NCBI GenBank assembly: GCA_009859145.1
Contig: VRVR01000039.1
Location: 208,233 to 272,232 of the forward strand
Direction: 5' to 3'
Length of the DNA: 64,000 nucleotides
DNA from: Andalucia godoyi And28
Taxonomy: Eukaryota; Protista; Jakobida
A program made the position numbers and the translations under genes. Positions 1-11,355 of this stretch are shown one piece after another; within the stretch, counting starts at the first letter, position 1, and each line of letters starts with the position of its first letter. The notes beneath the pieces are model-generated. The model had not been told where the DNA came from, did no database searches, and saw only the letters and a program-made list of their open reading frames with translations.

Positions 1-33
1 GCTCCATGGTAGTGAATTGGTGTCGTAGGGAGG

Positions 34-2466
34 CTAAGACTGCTGCGCAAATCGGCGATTCGGGGAACCGGAGAGCGGCCGTGTTTGGTATGCTGTGGGA
101 GACGTCGTCGCGTGGGAATGGCTTGGTGATCGTGGGCCTGCAGAGGCATGGGATGCCGACCGAGAATGTCCTCTGGGAAGGCTGGTCATGTCGATCTCGG
201 ACTTTGTGAGGATTTTTGACGCGCTGGAAATCTCTGCTCGCAACGATCCCAGCAGATGCGACGTTGTGGATTTGTGGCGCTGGACCTTCTGCAAGTGGTT
301 TTGCAGCGTGACGACCTCACGCATCAGCCGTTCGATGTGTTCCTGCTCCGGAGTAAACTGCAGCGACAAGAAGGTCTGCGTGTCTCTGTTTTCTGTTTTC
401 CGAATTTCCTCCACGAATCGCTTCAGTTCGTCCTGCGACTGTTTTTCCTCTGCTTTCTTGAGGATGCTTGCGATGCACGCTTCAGCATGTTCCTTTGTCG
501 TTTCCCATCTCTTCACAACGTCCAGATCTAGAATCTGATGTCGTCCGTAAATAATCCGATCTTTCTCTCCCATCAGAAGGTCTGTTTTGGACCCGAGGTC
601 GATAATCCGCTCTGCACGCGTCACGGAGTCCGGGCCGGTTTTCCACTTTGACGTCTCTTTGAGCAAATTGGAAATTCGGTTTTCAAGTTGCGTTACCAAC
701 TTGATGTCCTCGGCTGAAAGCGAGGACATGATGGACGGCAGTCCGCTGGAAAGAAGCTCGCGCGTTTTCAGTCGTGCGGCAGACTTTCCAGCGTCGGAGT
801 TCCATTCTCCGGGATACGCCTCCCCTTCGCTCTGCAAGTTCTCCAAATACTTGTCGCACACAATCGACATGCTCTTCAGTACCGTAAGATGCTTGCGGAC
901 CGTCTCGTCCATTCCTCCAAACACGGACTCTTTGATCACGCTTTGGACCAGCACTGCAAGCTGGCTGACTTCCAGTTGTTGAACCGTCACGACCTGCCCC
1001 TCTGTGTTCTGGTTGCTGGTGCTGCTTTGGAGGGATTTCGTTGCAGGTTCGACGGCCAGGGTCTTTTCGACGCGTGTTTGGTCAACTGTCCGGGTGTCGT
1101 GTGGACGGGAAAACAAGGGCTGTGACGGTGGGCGGACGCCGCAGAACAGCGCATCATCATACCGCTGACTGTGTACTCCGAACGTCATGTCGATCCATCG
1201 GGGAAGATAACATGTGGCCTCCTCACGTTCCATGATTCGCTGAAACTCAAAGAACTGCTGACTTCCACTTCCGAATACCGACTCCTCGGAGACGAGAAAC
1301 CCTGTCGAAGAGATGTTTTCGATTGCGATCTCGAAGCCGTGTGTGGCGGCGAGGGCGGCAACATCGGGGGCGACCTCGAAGTTCATCGCGACGAATACTT
1401 GAGCATCGGACACTGGGCGAGGGGTCATCCATGTGCTCACGGCTTTGGGATCTGGGTACAACGGAAAGTAGTCCAGGAAGTTTCGGTTTCGTCCACTCTT
1501 ATGATTTAGAATGCGCAGGTAGGCGAGGTTGGTGATGCTATGCAATTTCCACAGCTTTGTAGCCTCCTCAAGCGATACGTCTCGTGACTGCACCGTCGCA
1601 CATATCCTAGACATACCGTCGGTGAACGCGCCACTTGATTTTGGAAACTTCAGACAATATGACCCGTCCTGCGCAGTTTCAAAGGATGCTACAAGGCTCA
1701 GCTGTCGAGATGCATGGTCCATGATGCACATTGCTGTGATTTTTGTGGTTGGAATTTCCACGGAGTCGAATATAGGATTGGGCACGTGCGCTGTGATCCG
1801 CAGTCTATCCTGCGTTGTCGTCGTCGTCGTCGAGACAATTGTGGCCCAACAGCTGATTTCCACCATTGGAAACAAAAGGCAGCAATCGACAACCTGGCAC
1901 TCCGGAGCAAAGATTCTTCGATGCCGCTGGACGTTTTGCGCAATGGCCTCGACGACTTCATCCAGCTCATGCTTCTTCTCACGCACTAGACTGAGTTTGG
2001 ATGCCAGACTTCTGAACTCACCGGAGTCGTCGCAGACGAACACGAACTGGACGTCGTGCAACTGGCTGATTTCCTTTTGCTCCCATTTCAGCATTTTTGG
2101 CTCAAAGAGAAATGCCACGACAGCCGACGTAGACAATACGCACGACAGCTGCTCGTCGCTGCAGACCACGCCCTCGAGCGCATCCAGCGGTATCTGCAGA
2201 ATCGCAAGCTGCCGGCTCGTTGGTTCGAGATACACGTTCAAAGTAGTGAACCACAGCCAGCATTCCAAAAGCGAGCTGCGCTCTTTCCAGTCGGGATTCA
2301 TCGTCCAAACTGCAGAATCTGGCTGGAGCCATATGCGCACACACTCCACAACAGTCTCTTCCGTCGACATGAGCACCGAGTGAAGCCGGGTTCCAAAGCA
2401 CTCGTTCATCCTCCGTCTCTGCACGTTATCAACTGTTCCCTCAGTTTCACAATGCCAGTCGGCCAA
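34..2466 (-). CDS. Divergent PH-BEACH domain protein with C-terminal coiled coil
   Basis: 810-aa ATG-started ORF. YLRILNHKSGRNRNFLDYFPLYP resembles the BEACH N-terminal motif (YLxxLNxxAGRSxNDLxQYPVFP) and LPRWIDMTFG resembles LHxWIDLIFG. A PH-like segment precedes it. The tail is helical or coiled-coil, with no WD40. Confidence 0.6.
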   Translation of the reverse strand: MADWHCETEGTVDNVQRRRMNECFGTRLHSVLMSTEETVVECVRIWLQPDSAVWTMNPDWKERSSLLECWLWFTTLNVYLEPTSRQLAILQIPLDALEGVVCSDEQLSCVLSTSAVVAFLFEPKMLKWEQKEISQLHDVQFVFVCDDSGEFRSLASKLSLVREKKHELDEVVEAIAQNVQRHRRIFAPECQVVDCCLLFPMVEISCWATIVSTTTTTTQDRLRITAHVPNPIFDSVEIPTTKITAMCIMDHASRQLSLVASFETAQDGSYCLKFPKSSGAFTDGMSRICATVQSRDVSLEEATKLWKLHSITNLAYLRILNHKSGRNRNFLDYFPLYPDPKAVSTWMTPRPVSDAQVFVAMNFEVAPDVAALAATHGFEIAIENISSTGFLVSEESVFGSGSQQFFEFQRIMEREEATCYLPRWIDMTFGVHSQRYDDALFCGVRPPSQPLFSRPHDTRTVDQTRVEKTLAVEPATKSLQSSTSNQNTEGQVVTVQQLEVSQLAVLVQSVIKESVFGGMDETVRKHLTVLKSMSIVCDKYLENLQSEGEAYPGEWNSDAGKSAARLKTRELLSSGLPSIMSSLSAEDIKLVTQLENRISNLLKETSKWKTGPDSVTRAERIIDLGSKTDLLMGEKDRIIYGRHQILDLDVVKRWETTKEHAEACIASILKKAEEKQSQDELKRFVEEIRKTENRDTQTFLSLQFTPEQEHIERLMREVVTLQNHLQKVQRHKSTTSHLLGSLRAEISSASKILTKSEIDMTSLPRGHSRSASHASAGPRSPSHSHATTSPTAYQTRPLSGSPNRRFAQQS

Positions 2467-2638
2467 ACCGTCAGAAATGGGAATTTACTTCATTTCATTT
2501 TTCCGTTGATGCCTTCTGTTTTTGGTCCGATAAGCGAGGCAGCTCGATTCCATCTGTCGTAGACAGTCTTCGGAAGTAATTACGGCGGTTAGGTTTGGAT
2601 GTCCCTGCGGCCGTTCCGTTTTTCCCAATTTTTTAATT

Positions 2639-2686
2639 CATTCTTCATTCTTCATTCTTCATTCTTCATTCTTCATTCTTCATTCT
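2639..2686 (+). repeat. (CATTCTT)n heptamer tandem repeat just upstream of the RCC1 gene ATG
   Basis: Six full units plus one partial unit, ending 10 nt before ATG 2697. Confidence 0.9.
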
Positions 2687-2696
2687 AATCAAGAAG

Positions 2697-5600
2697 ATGT
2701 CGTTGTTGAAAAAGGCACTGAAGGGTGCTGCAGAACATACGGCTGCAGCTACAACGGCTTCCGGGTCGTCGCCATTGAGCAAACGTTCCGAGACGGTCTC
2801 AAGTAGTGCATCAGTTGTTCAAAGGCCGGCTGTGGCTTCGAGCTCAGCGACACCGACATCCACATCTCCCTCAGCATCCGCAACTCTGGCTGCGTCGGCG
2901 TCTGGGTCAGGTGGAGCCAAGAAACTGTGGCAGAAGGCTCGGACTGCAGCAAAAACAACCGCGATCTTATCCGATGCAGCTTGTATGATGTTACATGCCA
3001 TTCATCTGGTCATGCGATATTATGACCGTTATTCTTTTCTTTTTTTTTCCCCCTTCTTTTTTTTTTTTTTTCACGCTCCGCATGACGGTGACTGTGAACG
3101 TGACTGCGAATACAACAATGAGAGAAGCTGTGCTAATGTTACGTGTTGTTGTATGAACAAATGAACGGTTGCAGTGGTTCCCGGGAAAATATATTCGTGG
3201 GGGCTAAGTGATTTTGGACAGCTTGGACATGGGTCGCGAGAGAACCTTCACACACCGCGCGTGATTGATGACATGCGAGGATTGATTATCCGGCACTTGT
3301 CTGTGGGATCCAAGCACTGTGTCGTTGTATCGGAGAACGGCGACTTGTTTTCGTTTGGGCTGAACGAGTATGGGCAGCTTGGAGACGGGACAGTGCAAGC
3401 CGCGATGCGACCCGTTCACGTTGGTGAGAAGCTCGGGAAGAAGTTCGTGCAAGCAGCGTGTGGTGAGATCCATTCGCTTGCACTGACCGACAGCGGGCAA
3501 GTGTATGCCTGGGGAGGGTCTTCGCTTGGCCAACTTGGACTTGGGGACACGGGAAACCAGCTCTCGCCGCGGCTAGTAGAGCCGCTGTCACACGTGTTCA
3601 TCACCTCGATTTGCGCGGGATCTGGACATTCGGCAGCAATCTCAGATGACGGGCGGGTGTACATTTGGGGCTGGGGAGAGCATGGCCAGCTCGGCCTCGG
3701 GGATCTAGGAAATCAGCTCACTCCGCGGTGGATCGAGTACTTGCAGGGCAAGAACGTACGGGCTGTTGCATGCGGAGAAGCCCACACTATGGCTCTTACG
3801 GAGAGCGGTGAGCTGTTTTCGTGGGGAAACGGAGAAGATGGACGACTTGGACATACCGCATACGGCAAATCGCTGTTTCCCGGACTTGTCCAGTCGGCTT
3901 TTGGCCGGGCCCGAGTGTCCGCTGTTGCTTGCGGGGATGAATTTTCAGTTGCAGTTACGGAGACGGGAGAGGTCTGGTCTTGGGGCCGGGGGTTGGAGGG
4001 ACAGTTGGGAACAGGAGCAATTCGAAACGAGACATTACCGGTACTAATCGCGGGTCTCAAGGAGCAGTTCATCACCAACGTCTGCTGCGGATATAAACAT
4101 GCCATGGCCGTGACCGACAAGGGAGCGGTGTATTCGTGGGGCTTGAATTTGAACAGCCAGCTTGGAATCGGCGCTTCAAAGGACGAGTACCGCGATACAC
4201 CGCAGCTGCTGAAATCTCTGGAGGGAAAGTGCATGCGGCTCATCTCAGCAGGAGGAGACTCCTCTGTTGTCGTCGCCGGAGGATCGATAGTGCTGCCTAC
4301 CAATCTGTTTAGTGCGGGCGATGGATCGGCTGGTGCCCTCGGATTGGAAAGCATGGAGACCGAGCAGGTACTGCAGCCCGTAAGTTCGCTGGATGGCAAC
4401 AAGATCTCTTATGCGGCTGCGGGAGTAGCACATTCTGTGGTCGTCATGGAAGACGGCACTGTATATAGTTGCGGAAGGAATGATGCCGGGGCACTGGGAA
4501 TCGGAATCAAGCCCAATGCTGACGAGCGTGGCCAAGAGAGCATACTCCCGTCACCACAGCTTATCCAAGAATTTGTGTCCAAGAAAAAGGTCATCCTGCG
4601 GATTGCCTGCGGAGCAGGCCACACACTTTGCCTGTCATCGACTGCGAACGTCTTTGGATTCGGTTATAATTTCAACGGGGAACTCGGACTCGGCCACCGT
4701 GATCACGTTGCATCACCGGAGTTGATTCGACATCTGGAGGGCCGCGGAGTCATGGATGTGCAGTGCGGTTGGAACTCTTCTGCTGCCGTTACCGACACCG
4801 GAGATGTGTATACCTGGGGTTCGAACGGATTCGGCCAGCTGGGCCACGATTCGACAAACGACGAAAACCTTCCGCGGCTTGTCAAATCCATTGTATCCAA
4901 GCAGATTGTTGCAGTGAGCTGTGGCCGCTGTCATATGGCGGCCATCTCCTCGGATGGAGTTGCGTACACCTGGGGTCTCAACAACAACGGCCAGCTGGGC
5001 CACGGCGACACCACAATCTGCCTGACTCCGCGCGTTGTTTCTGGATTTGTCGGCAGAAAAGTCGTCGCCGTGGCTTGCGGTTCGTCTCACACCTGCATGA
5101 TTCTCGACACCGGGGAACTCTACACTTGGGGCTACGGAAATTCCGGTCGCCTGGGTCACGGGGATTCGAAGGATGCCTTAGAACCCAGGCTTCTCGACGG
5201 ATTTGCATCCCGCAGGATTACCAAAGTGTTCTCCTCTTCTGTTGCCTTTCATACGTTTGCAGTTGACGAAGATGGGACGCTGTATGGATGGGGAGCCGGG
5301 AAACACGGCCAACTTTCGTCCGCCAAGTTCGAGAATGAAAAGGTTCCGATTCCCATTCGTGTGCTCGGTACCATGCAGATCACCCACGTCGCGTGCGGCG
5401 CCAAGCATTCGTGTGTCGTAACAAAGCCTTCTCTGCGATTCGAGCGGTTTCGTTTTGATTCCATCCCTTCGGGTTCATCATCATCATCATCATCCGCATT
5501 GTCGGATTCCAAGCGAGCAAAGTCACCAGGGTCGATGTCGGTTCGCAGCAGAGCAACGACTCCGGAGCGTGGTGGGGCAGGGAATCTGAGCAGCCGTGGA

Positions 5601-6407
5601 CCGGGATTGAGCTCTGCTGCTGAAATTTCCTCTCTGGTGCAAAAAGAGCATCAGAAAGACACGGAGATGCTTCGGGACCAGCTTGATCGCATGAAACTTC
5701 GGAATGCGGAGCTTCGAGAAGAGATTGAAGGTCTTCGTGTATCGAATCTGCATCTTTCTGGAGCCAAAGTGGATGATCTGCAACTTGATGCGCTGGATCA
5801 ACTGAAGGAGCAGTTCATGAGGAACTTTGGCAAGATCGAGTCGGCCAAGGAAGCGATCATCAAGACCGACATGAAGGACAAGGAAAAAGCACAGCTCCAA
5901 GAAATGGAGCGCATCTACACGGAGATTCTCAAACGTGCAAAGACAAAAGAGAAGCATGTCCAGGAAGCGCTCCTCAAGCTGCGCGATGTCACGCGATCTC
6001 TGGAAGAAAAAATACGCATTCTTCGAGAAGAAGTCGCCAACATCCAAGAGCAGAATCGTCATGTCCAGCTGCTGCGCGACGAAATCCAGGCGGATTCCGC
6101 ACGATGCTCTGCCGTGGAAGACCACCAGCAGTTCCTTACGGCGCTCGAGAGCCAGCTGCGAGACAAGATCGCCTCGGAGCAGAATGCGAACACGTATCTC
6201 TCTCGTCGATACGAGACTCTGCTATCAGAATACGAGCAGCTCCGAGAGGAAGTCGAGGTCGCAACAGGAAAATACCGACATGACAAGAGTCTTGTGTTCT
6301 ATCCCTCCGTCGAACGACTTCTCCTGCTCTCACTCCCCGAACTCGAAGAACTCGAAAAGCGACACGTCCAGGCCTATCTCGCAGCAGCAACCGCACCAAC
6401 CCCGTGA
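2697..6407 (+). CDS. Large RCC1-repeat (HERC/UVR8-like propeller) protein with C-terminal coiled coil; two exons, 2697-2982 and 3175-6407, about 1172 aa
   Basis: Many RCC1 repeats (VYxWGxxxxGQLGxG; V(S/A)CGxxHxxA). ORFs 2697 and 3174 join in frame through a GT..AG intron (T+TG=Leu, then VPGK). Confidence 0.85.
2983..3174 (+). other. Spliceosomal intron (192 nt, phase 1)
   Basis: GTATGA donor at 2983, T-rich interior, GCTAAT branch-like motif at 3132-3137, GCAG acceptor ending 3174. Removal restores the frame. Confidence 0.8.
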
Positions 6408-6652
6408 ATCACAAATTCGTCATCGCAACAACATGTGCGATTTTTCAAGCAGTGAGCCACCCGTCGTAGTAAAAAGCATGACCCACTGCAAGAGCAAAGT
6501 ACGCCCAGCATCAAGTTCGGTAATAGGCACTATGCAGCCATCAAGTCTTCAAATCCATTTCCGGGTTTAGAAAGGCGTTTCCTTTCCTCTTTTATATATA
6601 TTTATTTTAACAGTTTTATTCCAATTATCAAGCAGAGCGGAAGATAGGAAAA

Positions 6653-6763
<111 letters not shown>

Positions 6764-6834
6764 GGAAAACAAGAATCGTATCATATAACACCTCCCACAC
6801 ATACGTACATAGACGCACGTAAAAGGAAGAAAGG

Positions 6835-8112
6835 ATGATGCAACCGAGTTCTTCGACGCCGTTACCGTTATCCATACTATCCGGTTCGCAACCATCAGGG
6901 CCACCGTTATCTTCAGGGTCCTTAGTATCTGCATCGGCTGTTGTACCGCCGGTGCATTTTTCGTTCTCCTCGTTTGTGGCGCACTGTGCGCAATCCTATG
7001 CGGTCCATGCGCTGGCGCTACTATCGTTTTGGGTGAGTTGGATGCATCCGACTACCGCGGATGCGCTGGTGCTTGATCCCGGCGCACTGTATCTTTCGTC
7101 GCAGGGCTGGTGGACGTTTGTGACAAATATCGTGTGTGCACCGGGATTGTCGTCGTCATTATGGAGTGTTTCTTTTCTGGCGTCCTGCGCTATGCTCTTG
7201 GCTTCAAGCGCGGTAGTGAATGGAGTGGTGCGCGGGCTGGGAGAGGGCGTTGTTGGGGCAGTGTCGCGCGTGCGGATGCTGGGGTTCCTGGCGCTATGCC
7301 ATGTGCTTGCATCTGGTGTGACATTTGCCGTTGTTCTGGTTCTGTTTGGCAAGAGGAGGCACATGGTCGTGGGCGGGATGGCCGGGATGCTCGGGGCGGC
7401 GTGTGTAGTTTGGAGAGCGGTGATGGGACCGGATGGCGGCGCGGGATCGGGGATCTTCCTTTTCCAATCTGCGTCTGCCTCGGCGTTTCTCCCGCGATTT
7501 CGGCATCTCCCGCCGCTTTTCCTGGCTGGGCAATTTGCTCATTCCATCGTGTTTGGCGCGCCCTTTGCGTCCACCGTCTGTCTCTTTCTCGCAGGCGCAT
7601 CTGTCGCTACCTTTCTTGTTCCCATCCCCACCGTCTCCTCTTCTGCACTCGGATCGTCAGCTTCGTCGGCAACAGCAGCAGCGGCAACGACCGCTACCGC
7701 GGCAACAGCACTCGGGTGGCGAGATCTTGTTGGGCTTTTCATGCTCCCGATTCGGGCTCCCGACGCAATGCCGCACATCCATGCAGCCCATACCCCGCTT
7801 GCATCGGCGGCAACGTCGTCACGAACTGCAAAACTGCGCGCATTTCTCACCCGATTTGTCATTCCTTTCCGTCGCAGCCACAGCCACAGCCAGAGTCAGA
7901 GTCAGAGTCAGAGTCAGGGCCAGAGTCAGGGCCAGAACCAGAACCAGAGCCAGGGCCAGTACGCAAACGCCGAGGAAGAAGAGATGCGAGCAGTGGAAGA
8001 GGCCGAGCGACGACGCAGGCTTGCGATTCGTGCCCTCGACCAGCGACTCGCCGATGTTGCTTCCCCGGATGACGAATACGAAGACAATGACGATGACTTT
8101 GACTATGCTTGA
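6835..8112 (+). CDS. TMEM115-like (rhomboid-superfamily pseudoprotease) membrane protein
   Basis: 425 aa with several hydrophobic helices. C-terminal AERRRRLAIRALDQRL matches the TMEM115 tail motif (ERRRQLALKALNERL). Contains an internal (SQ/QG)n repeat. Confidence 0.65.
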   Translation: MMQPSSSTPLPLSILSGSQPSGPPLSSGSLVSASAVVPPVHFSFSSFVAHCAQSYAVHALALLSFWVSWMHPTTADALVLDPGALYLSSQGWWTFVTNIVCAPGLSSSLWSVSFLASCAMLLASSAVVNGVVRGLGEGVVGAVSRVRMLGFLALCHVLASGVTFAVVLVLFGKRRHMVVGGMAGMLGAACVVWRAVMGPDGGAGSGIFLFQSASASAFLPRFRHLPPLFLAGQFAHSIVFGAPFASTVCLFLAGASVATFLVPIPTVSSSALGSSASSATAAAATTATAATALGWRDLVGLFMLPIRAPDAMPHIHAAHTPLASAATSSRTAKLRAFLTRFVIPFRRSHSHSQSQSQSQSQGQSQGQNQNQSQGQYANAEEEEMRAVEEAERRRRLAIRALDQRLADVASPDDEYEDNDDDFDYA

Positions 8113-8249
8113 AACGCGAAAACAGACTCTTGAGTAATTATTCATTAAAAGGAAAACAGAAAATAAGAAGAGCAAGAAAACGAAAACGACGTTGTACTTG
8201 TATTGCTGTTGCTGGTCTCCTGGAGGCAGACGAGTGCTTCTGGGGGGCA

Positions 8250-8723
8250 TCAGAACGTCTTGGGAACGGGTGCCGCGAGCTGTCCGATTGCTTTTCTGTG
8301 GGTGATCTCGCGTGCGTTCTGGCAAACAGCGCACGGCAAGCAGCAGCAAGAGACAAGGCAGTCGCCATTATCCGGGAATCCAAACTGCTGTCTCATTTGC
8401 TTGCGTTGCTGGCACTGAACGTACACAGGGATGGCGAAAGTAACCCACCACATCCCGGCTGCCCAAAGCAAGCATCCAAGGCACCAGTCCATGCCTTCCA
8501 TGGGACGTTTTTCCAAGGCTGCCTTGGTCTCCATCATCGAGCAGCCAAAGCAGCACCAGCCGTAGCAGCACACTCCAAAGTCCTCCATGCACGAGCACAG
8601 CCCAGACGAGTAGTCCGACATCGGAGCCTGGGCTACCACAGCAGGAGCTCCCATCGCGGGTGCCGAGGCATATGGGTTCGGTTGCGCTTGCTGCGCGGGC
8701 GGGGCGGCATACGGTCCTGACAT
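8250..8723 (-). CDS. PLAC8-family cysteine-rich protein (copy 1)
   Basis: Starts MSGPYAAPP at ATG 8723. DYSSGLCSCMEDFGVCCYGWCC, R..MRQQFGF and CCCLPCAVCQNARE are PLAC8 hallmarks. Confidence 0.9.
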   Translation of the reverse strand: MSGPYAAPPAQQAQPNPYASAPAMGAPAVVAQAPMSDYSSGLCSCMEDFGVCCYGWCCFGCSMMETKAALEKRPMEGMDWCLGCLLWAAGMWWVTFAIPVYVQCQQRKQMRQQFGFPDNGDCLVSCCCLPCAVCQNAREITHRKAIGQLAAPVPKTF

Positions 8724-9092
8724 TTCCCCTCTGCTCTTCGTACTCGGATCACGGAAGCAAACAAGTAACTCCAACAAACGAATCAGGAGAGGGAAAAAAT
8801 GAAATAGAAAAAATGAAATGGAAAAAATTCAAAGACAAAAACATCTATGAGAAGAAGAGCGCTTCAGGTCTTGCCCTGGTTGTCATGTTGTCATGTTGTC
8901 ATGTTGTCAGTGTCGGTTTGTCACTTGTCTGCCTCGGTCGTTCGGGGTACGTCCGCAGCCTCCAAAAAACAAAAGCAAAAACAAACTTCTGTAAAGAATG
9001 GGGATTTTTCCTTTTCCTTGCTTCTTTGGTTCCCGATGTTTTGGGTCTGTTTTACAGTCGACAGCAAGAAAGCGAAATACAAGGAAGGGAGC

Positions 9093-9554
9093 TTAGAGGG
9101 GTTTAGGGATGGGGACTGGGAGCTGTCCGATAGCCTTTCTATGTTTGATCTCGCGTGCGTTTTGGCAGATGGCGCATGGCAAGCAGCAACAAGATGGCAG
9201 GCAGTCGTTGGCCTGTGGGAAGTTGAACTGCTGTCTCATTTGTTCTCTCTGTTTGCAGACGACGAACACGTGGATAGGGCACGTAAAGATCCAGCCTGTA
9301 GCGGCCCAGAGCAGACATCCAAGGCACCAATCCAAGCCCTCCATCGGTCGCTGTTCCAGCGCAGTTTTGTTCATCATCGTCACACATCCGTTGCAGCACC
9401 AGCCTGCACAGCACAGCTCAAAGTCCTCGAGACACGAGCACAGTCCAGAAGAGTAGTCCGACAGTGGCGCTACCGTCGATGCAACAACAGGTGCACTCGC
9501 ATAAGGGTTCGGCTGCGCTTGGGCAGGAGGCGGAGAAGCATAAGGTCCAGACAT
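9093..9554 (-). CDS. PLAC8-family cysteine-rich protein (copy 2, tandem paralog)
   Basis: Starts MSGPYASPP at ATG 9554. Clearly homologous to copy 1 along its whole length. Confidence 0.9.
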   Translation of the reverse strand: MSGPYASPPPAQAQPNPYASAPVVASTVAPLSDYSSGLCSCLEDFELCCAGWCCNGCVTMMNKTALEQRPMEGLDWCLGCLLWAATGWIFTCPIHVFVVCKQREQMRQQFNFPQANDCLPSCCCLPCAICQNAREIKHRKAIGQLPVPIPKPL

Positions 9555-10123
9555 TTTTTTTTCTTCCTTTTTTTCTTTTTTGATTTTCTCTTGACGACTA
9601 TCAGACAATAAAAAATAAAAAATAAAAAATAAATAGATAAATAAATAAATAGATAAATATAATATATATAAAGAAGAACCCAGACAAAAGGGAAAAGGAA
9701 ATCGAAAAGGAAAAGGAAAAGGAAAAGGAAAAGGAGGAAAAAGGAAAACCAAAGAAAAGAGAGTCCTTTTGGGGTTGTTTCAGGACAGGGGAAGCTATGG
9801 GGCACGCTGCAGCACGATTCGTTTGGGCTGCGCAAGGATGGATCGCTTTTCTCTCTCTTTTGTGTTGTTCTTTCTGATGAGCTGTCGACGATTGGCGATT
9901 TGATAAGACGCTGAGAATTGGGCAAACCTCGTGTCTCCTCCATAAGGGTTTTCTTTTGCCTATTTTTTAATTTTGTTCTGGCTCGTTTCATTTCGTTTCT
10001 TGTTTTTGTTGTTCATATGCATATAAATATATATATACTTGGGGGAGGATACCATACAATTGCTTTGGGGGGAGGTACCAGGTGCTTGGGAAGAGGGCCA
10101 GGACAGGGCGCGAAGGGCGCAGA

Positions 10124-11149
10124 ATGGATGGGATTGACCGCGTGTTCCGGATGGTTCGAGAGGGCACGGCATTGTTATGTGATCTTTTGAAGGCAGAGAG
10201 GACGAGGGTTGAGGAGGCGTGTGTGCGGCAACGGGAAGAGACTGCGGCGCTGGAAAAGGAGTGTTGCGAGCGGGTCGCGGAACTGCAATCTCAAATCAGC
10301 AAGAAGCGTTCGGAGCATGTTTGCTTGCTGAACACTCGATTGGCAAAGACTCTGCGCTGGGATCCATCTGCATTTCTTCTCCATGGCTCTTCTGGTGTTT
10401 CCTTGGACGGCGCAGACAGCAACTGTGGTCAGAAAGCGGAAGAGGCACAGGAGATTGAAGAGGAAGTGGAGATAGTGGGGGTAGAGAAGGGAAAGAAGAA
10501 GAGATCTGATGGCGCGCAGATAGACTTGTCGAGTTCGCAAACGACGATTGGGACGATCCAGGATGATGAGGATACACAGTCATTCCCATCAGGACCAGTG
10601 TCACTCTATAACCCCCCACCGCCATCGTCGGAGGCAGTGGTGGCGCTGCGGCTGTCAATGGGTCTTGGGACGCAAACGGACTTTTCATACAGTCCGAGCA
10701 TGTTTGTCGAGAAGCAAGAACCATATGATGATCAGGGTAACAACAACAACAACAACGACGACGACGACGATGATGATGATAGACAGCCATTCGCAAAGAA
10801 CAGGCGACTGGCAGTTGAAAGTGCCAAAGGTACTGAGGATCAGGAGGAAGAGGGAGAGGAGATGATGCAGCACACCAGAGGGACGACGTTTTTGCGGAAG
10901 AGGACGGTTGATGTTGATGCCGGTGCTGAAAGAGAGTCGCTGTGGACAGCAAAGAGGCAGACAGCAAAGAGCAGCTCGGTATCGCAGGCGAAAATCACAT
11001 CATTTATGAGCAGTGACACTGTTCTGTCGTCGCCACACACAAACGGGAAGCCCAGTCCCTCAACGACTCCGGGATCCGCAAATGAGTTTTTCGATACTGA
11101 CGAAAACCAATGCTTGGTGTTTCTGCAAGCTTCCATGCACCGAAGTTGA
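10124..11149 (+). CDS. Hypothetical protein, N-terminal coiled coil and disordered acidic remainder
   Basis: Open frame from ATG 10124 (MDGIDRVF) with in-frame trinucleotide runs. No recognisable domain. Confidence 0.6.
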   Translation: MDGIDRVFRMVREGTALLCDLLKAERTRVEEACVRQREETAALEKECCERVAELQSQISKKRSEHVCLLNTRLAKTLRWDPSAFLLHGSSGVSLDGADSNCGQKAEEAQEIEEEVEIVGVEKGKKKRSDGAQIDLSSSQTTIGTIQDDEDTQSFPSGPVSLYNPPPPSSEAVVALRLSMGLGTQTDFSYSPSMFVEKQEPYDDQGNNNNNNDDDDDDDDRQPFAKNRRLAVESAKGTEDQEEEGEEMMQHTRGTTFLRKRTVDVDAGAERESLWTAKRQTAKSSSVSQAKITSFMSSDTVLSSPHTNGKPSPSTTPGSANEFFDTDENQCLVFLQASMHRS

Positions 11150-11355
11150 GCACTTCTTTTCCCTGGTGTGCCTTCTGAAAATCCAAAGAATTGTCTGTGC
11201 AGTTCTTGCTCGGCTTCGACGGTTTCTCTCCCATGGTGGACGGCTGTGGGTCGGCAAAAAGCGGGCTGTCGAATGCCAGATCAGACGATGCAACGGTCTC
11301 AACAGAAAGGGGTTGTGTGTGTGTGTGTGGGTTGTCTCTTGAGCGGCTGCCGCAG

